Source of the DNA: Macrostomum hystrix
Taxonomy: Eukaryota > Animalia > Platyhelminthes
DNA length: 64,000 nucleotides
Reading direction: 5' to 3'
Assembly (NCBI GenBank): GCA_950097015.1
Contig: CATNEN010000012.1
Coordinates: 558,001 to 622,000 of the forward strand
The notes beneath the pieces are model-generated. The model did not search any database. It was not told the DNA's origin and saw nothing but the letters and a program-made list of their open reading frames with translations. Both the position numbers and the translations under genes were made by a program. Positions within the stretch are counted from its first letter, which is position 1; each line of letters starts with the position of its first letter. Positions 63,151-64,000 of this stretch are shown here, piece by piece.

Positions 63151-63627
63151 GGTATTGTGGTATTAGCGAAATTGCATTAACGGCATTATTAATATTACTA
63201 AATACTAAATCGCATGTTCCTAAGGATAAGGCTGCTTTTACTCAGAAATCCCATTTACTCGTAACTGGTGGCCCTAAAAATTAGGGCTCCTGTCTTCTTC
63301 CCTCTTATCCCATTGTTCCCATGCTAGGCTTGGAATAGTCCGTGCCGTACCCATAGCTAGCAAACTCACTAGAGATAATCTTATCTAGTGCAGTGCTGGG
63401 AATCAAACTAGGCATTAAAACGGTTCCTATCCCAATTCTCACAGTTCGCTTCCCGTTCCCATTGCCCGCACAACTCCATTGCCCCATGGGGAGGCCGAGT
63501 AGGGGAAGGTGAGGCGTCGGTGGGAGAGCTCCAGAAGCTCGAATTGGGGGGATATTTTTACACTGAAATGGGAAAAATGCCATTTATAAAATCCCCAACT
63601 GTGCCCACTGTTATAGGAGGTAACAAT

Positions 63628-64000
63628 ATGGACAAATCCAAGCTTCGCACTGGCCTGATTGACGTCATCCGGGCTAACCTGCCCAACTTTGAACGCTCGG
63701 CTCGGGTCACCTGTCTGCTCAGCGTTCGATTTGACGGCTCCGAGGATTCAGCCGTCTTCTTAGACATTGTTGATGATTTTTCGCCATCGGCGAGGACTGC
63801 GCAGCCGGCAACGGAAACAGTGGCCGCTATGGCAACGACCACGGCGGCGTCAGCGAAGGCCGAGAAGTCGTCGAAGCGAAAATCGCAGGCGCCTCAGAAA
63901 ATGATCGCCAACGGTCTGGACTCGTTTGTGACGGCCGCTGTCACCAGTGCCGCGTCTGCGACAACTGCTACAACTTCTTCCGCTATCGGGACTATCCCAA
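63628..64000 (+). CDS. N-terminus of an unknown protein (possible nuclear/transcription factor); runs off the right edge
   Basis: Stop-free frame MDKSKLRTGLIDVIRANLPNFERSARVTCLLSVRFDGSEDSAVFLDIVDDF...KRKSQAPQK..., with Ala/Thr-rich tracts like the other genes here. Absent from the ORF track because it has no stop in the window. Confidence 0.7.
   Translation, partial: MDKSKLRTGLIDVIRANLPNFERSARVTCLLSVRFDGSEDSAVFLDIVDDFSPSARTAQPATETVAAMATTTAASAKAEKSSKRKSQAPQKMIANGLDSFVTAAVTSAASATTATTSSAIGTIP

Overview
Eukaryotic (metazoan) genomic DNA with GT-AG introns. The GC-rich exons with poly-Ala/Gln tracts and the minisatellite-filled introns resemble a flatworm such as Macrostomum (inference only). Genes reconstructed by hand: a PCBP-family KH-domain gene (-, runs off the left edge), single-exon COMMD3 (-), a C18orf63/DUF4708 homologue (+) with a coding 33-bp repeat tail, CYB5R4 (+, 4 exons), a 2-exon NHL-repeat-only gene (+), and the start of an unknown gene at the right edge. 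Mobile DNA includes the 3' end of a non-LTR retrotransposon and a 7.9-kb head-to-tail array of three differently deleted Helitrons carrying nested hAT MITEs. There are also an internally deleted Tc1/IS630-like element, a Harbinger-type element with a CTG target duplication, a ~3.9-kb TIR element, and tRNA-derived and CORE-like SINE copies. About 25 unrelated minisatellite arrays cover roughly a quarter of the window, and most long ORFs in the ORF track are artefacts of these arrays. The best leads are the Helitron concatemer, a possible Argonaute N/L1/PAZ-like architecture for the DUF4708 protein, and an orphan OB-fold-like ORF.
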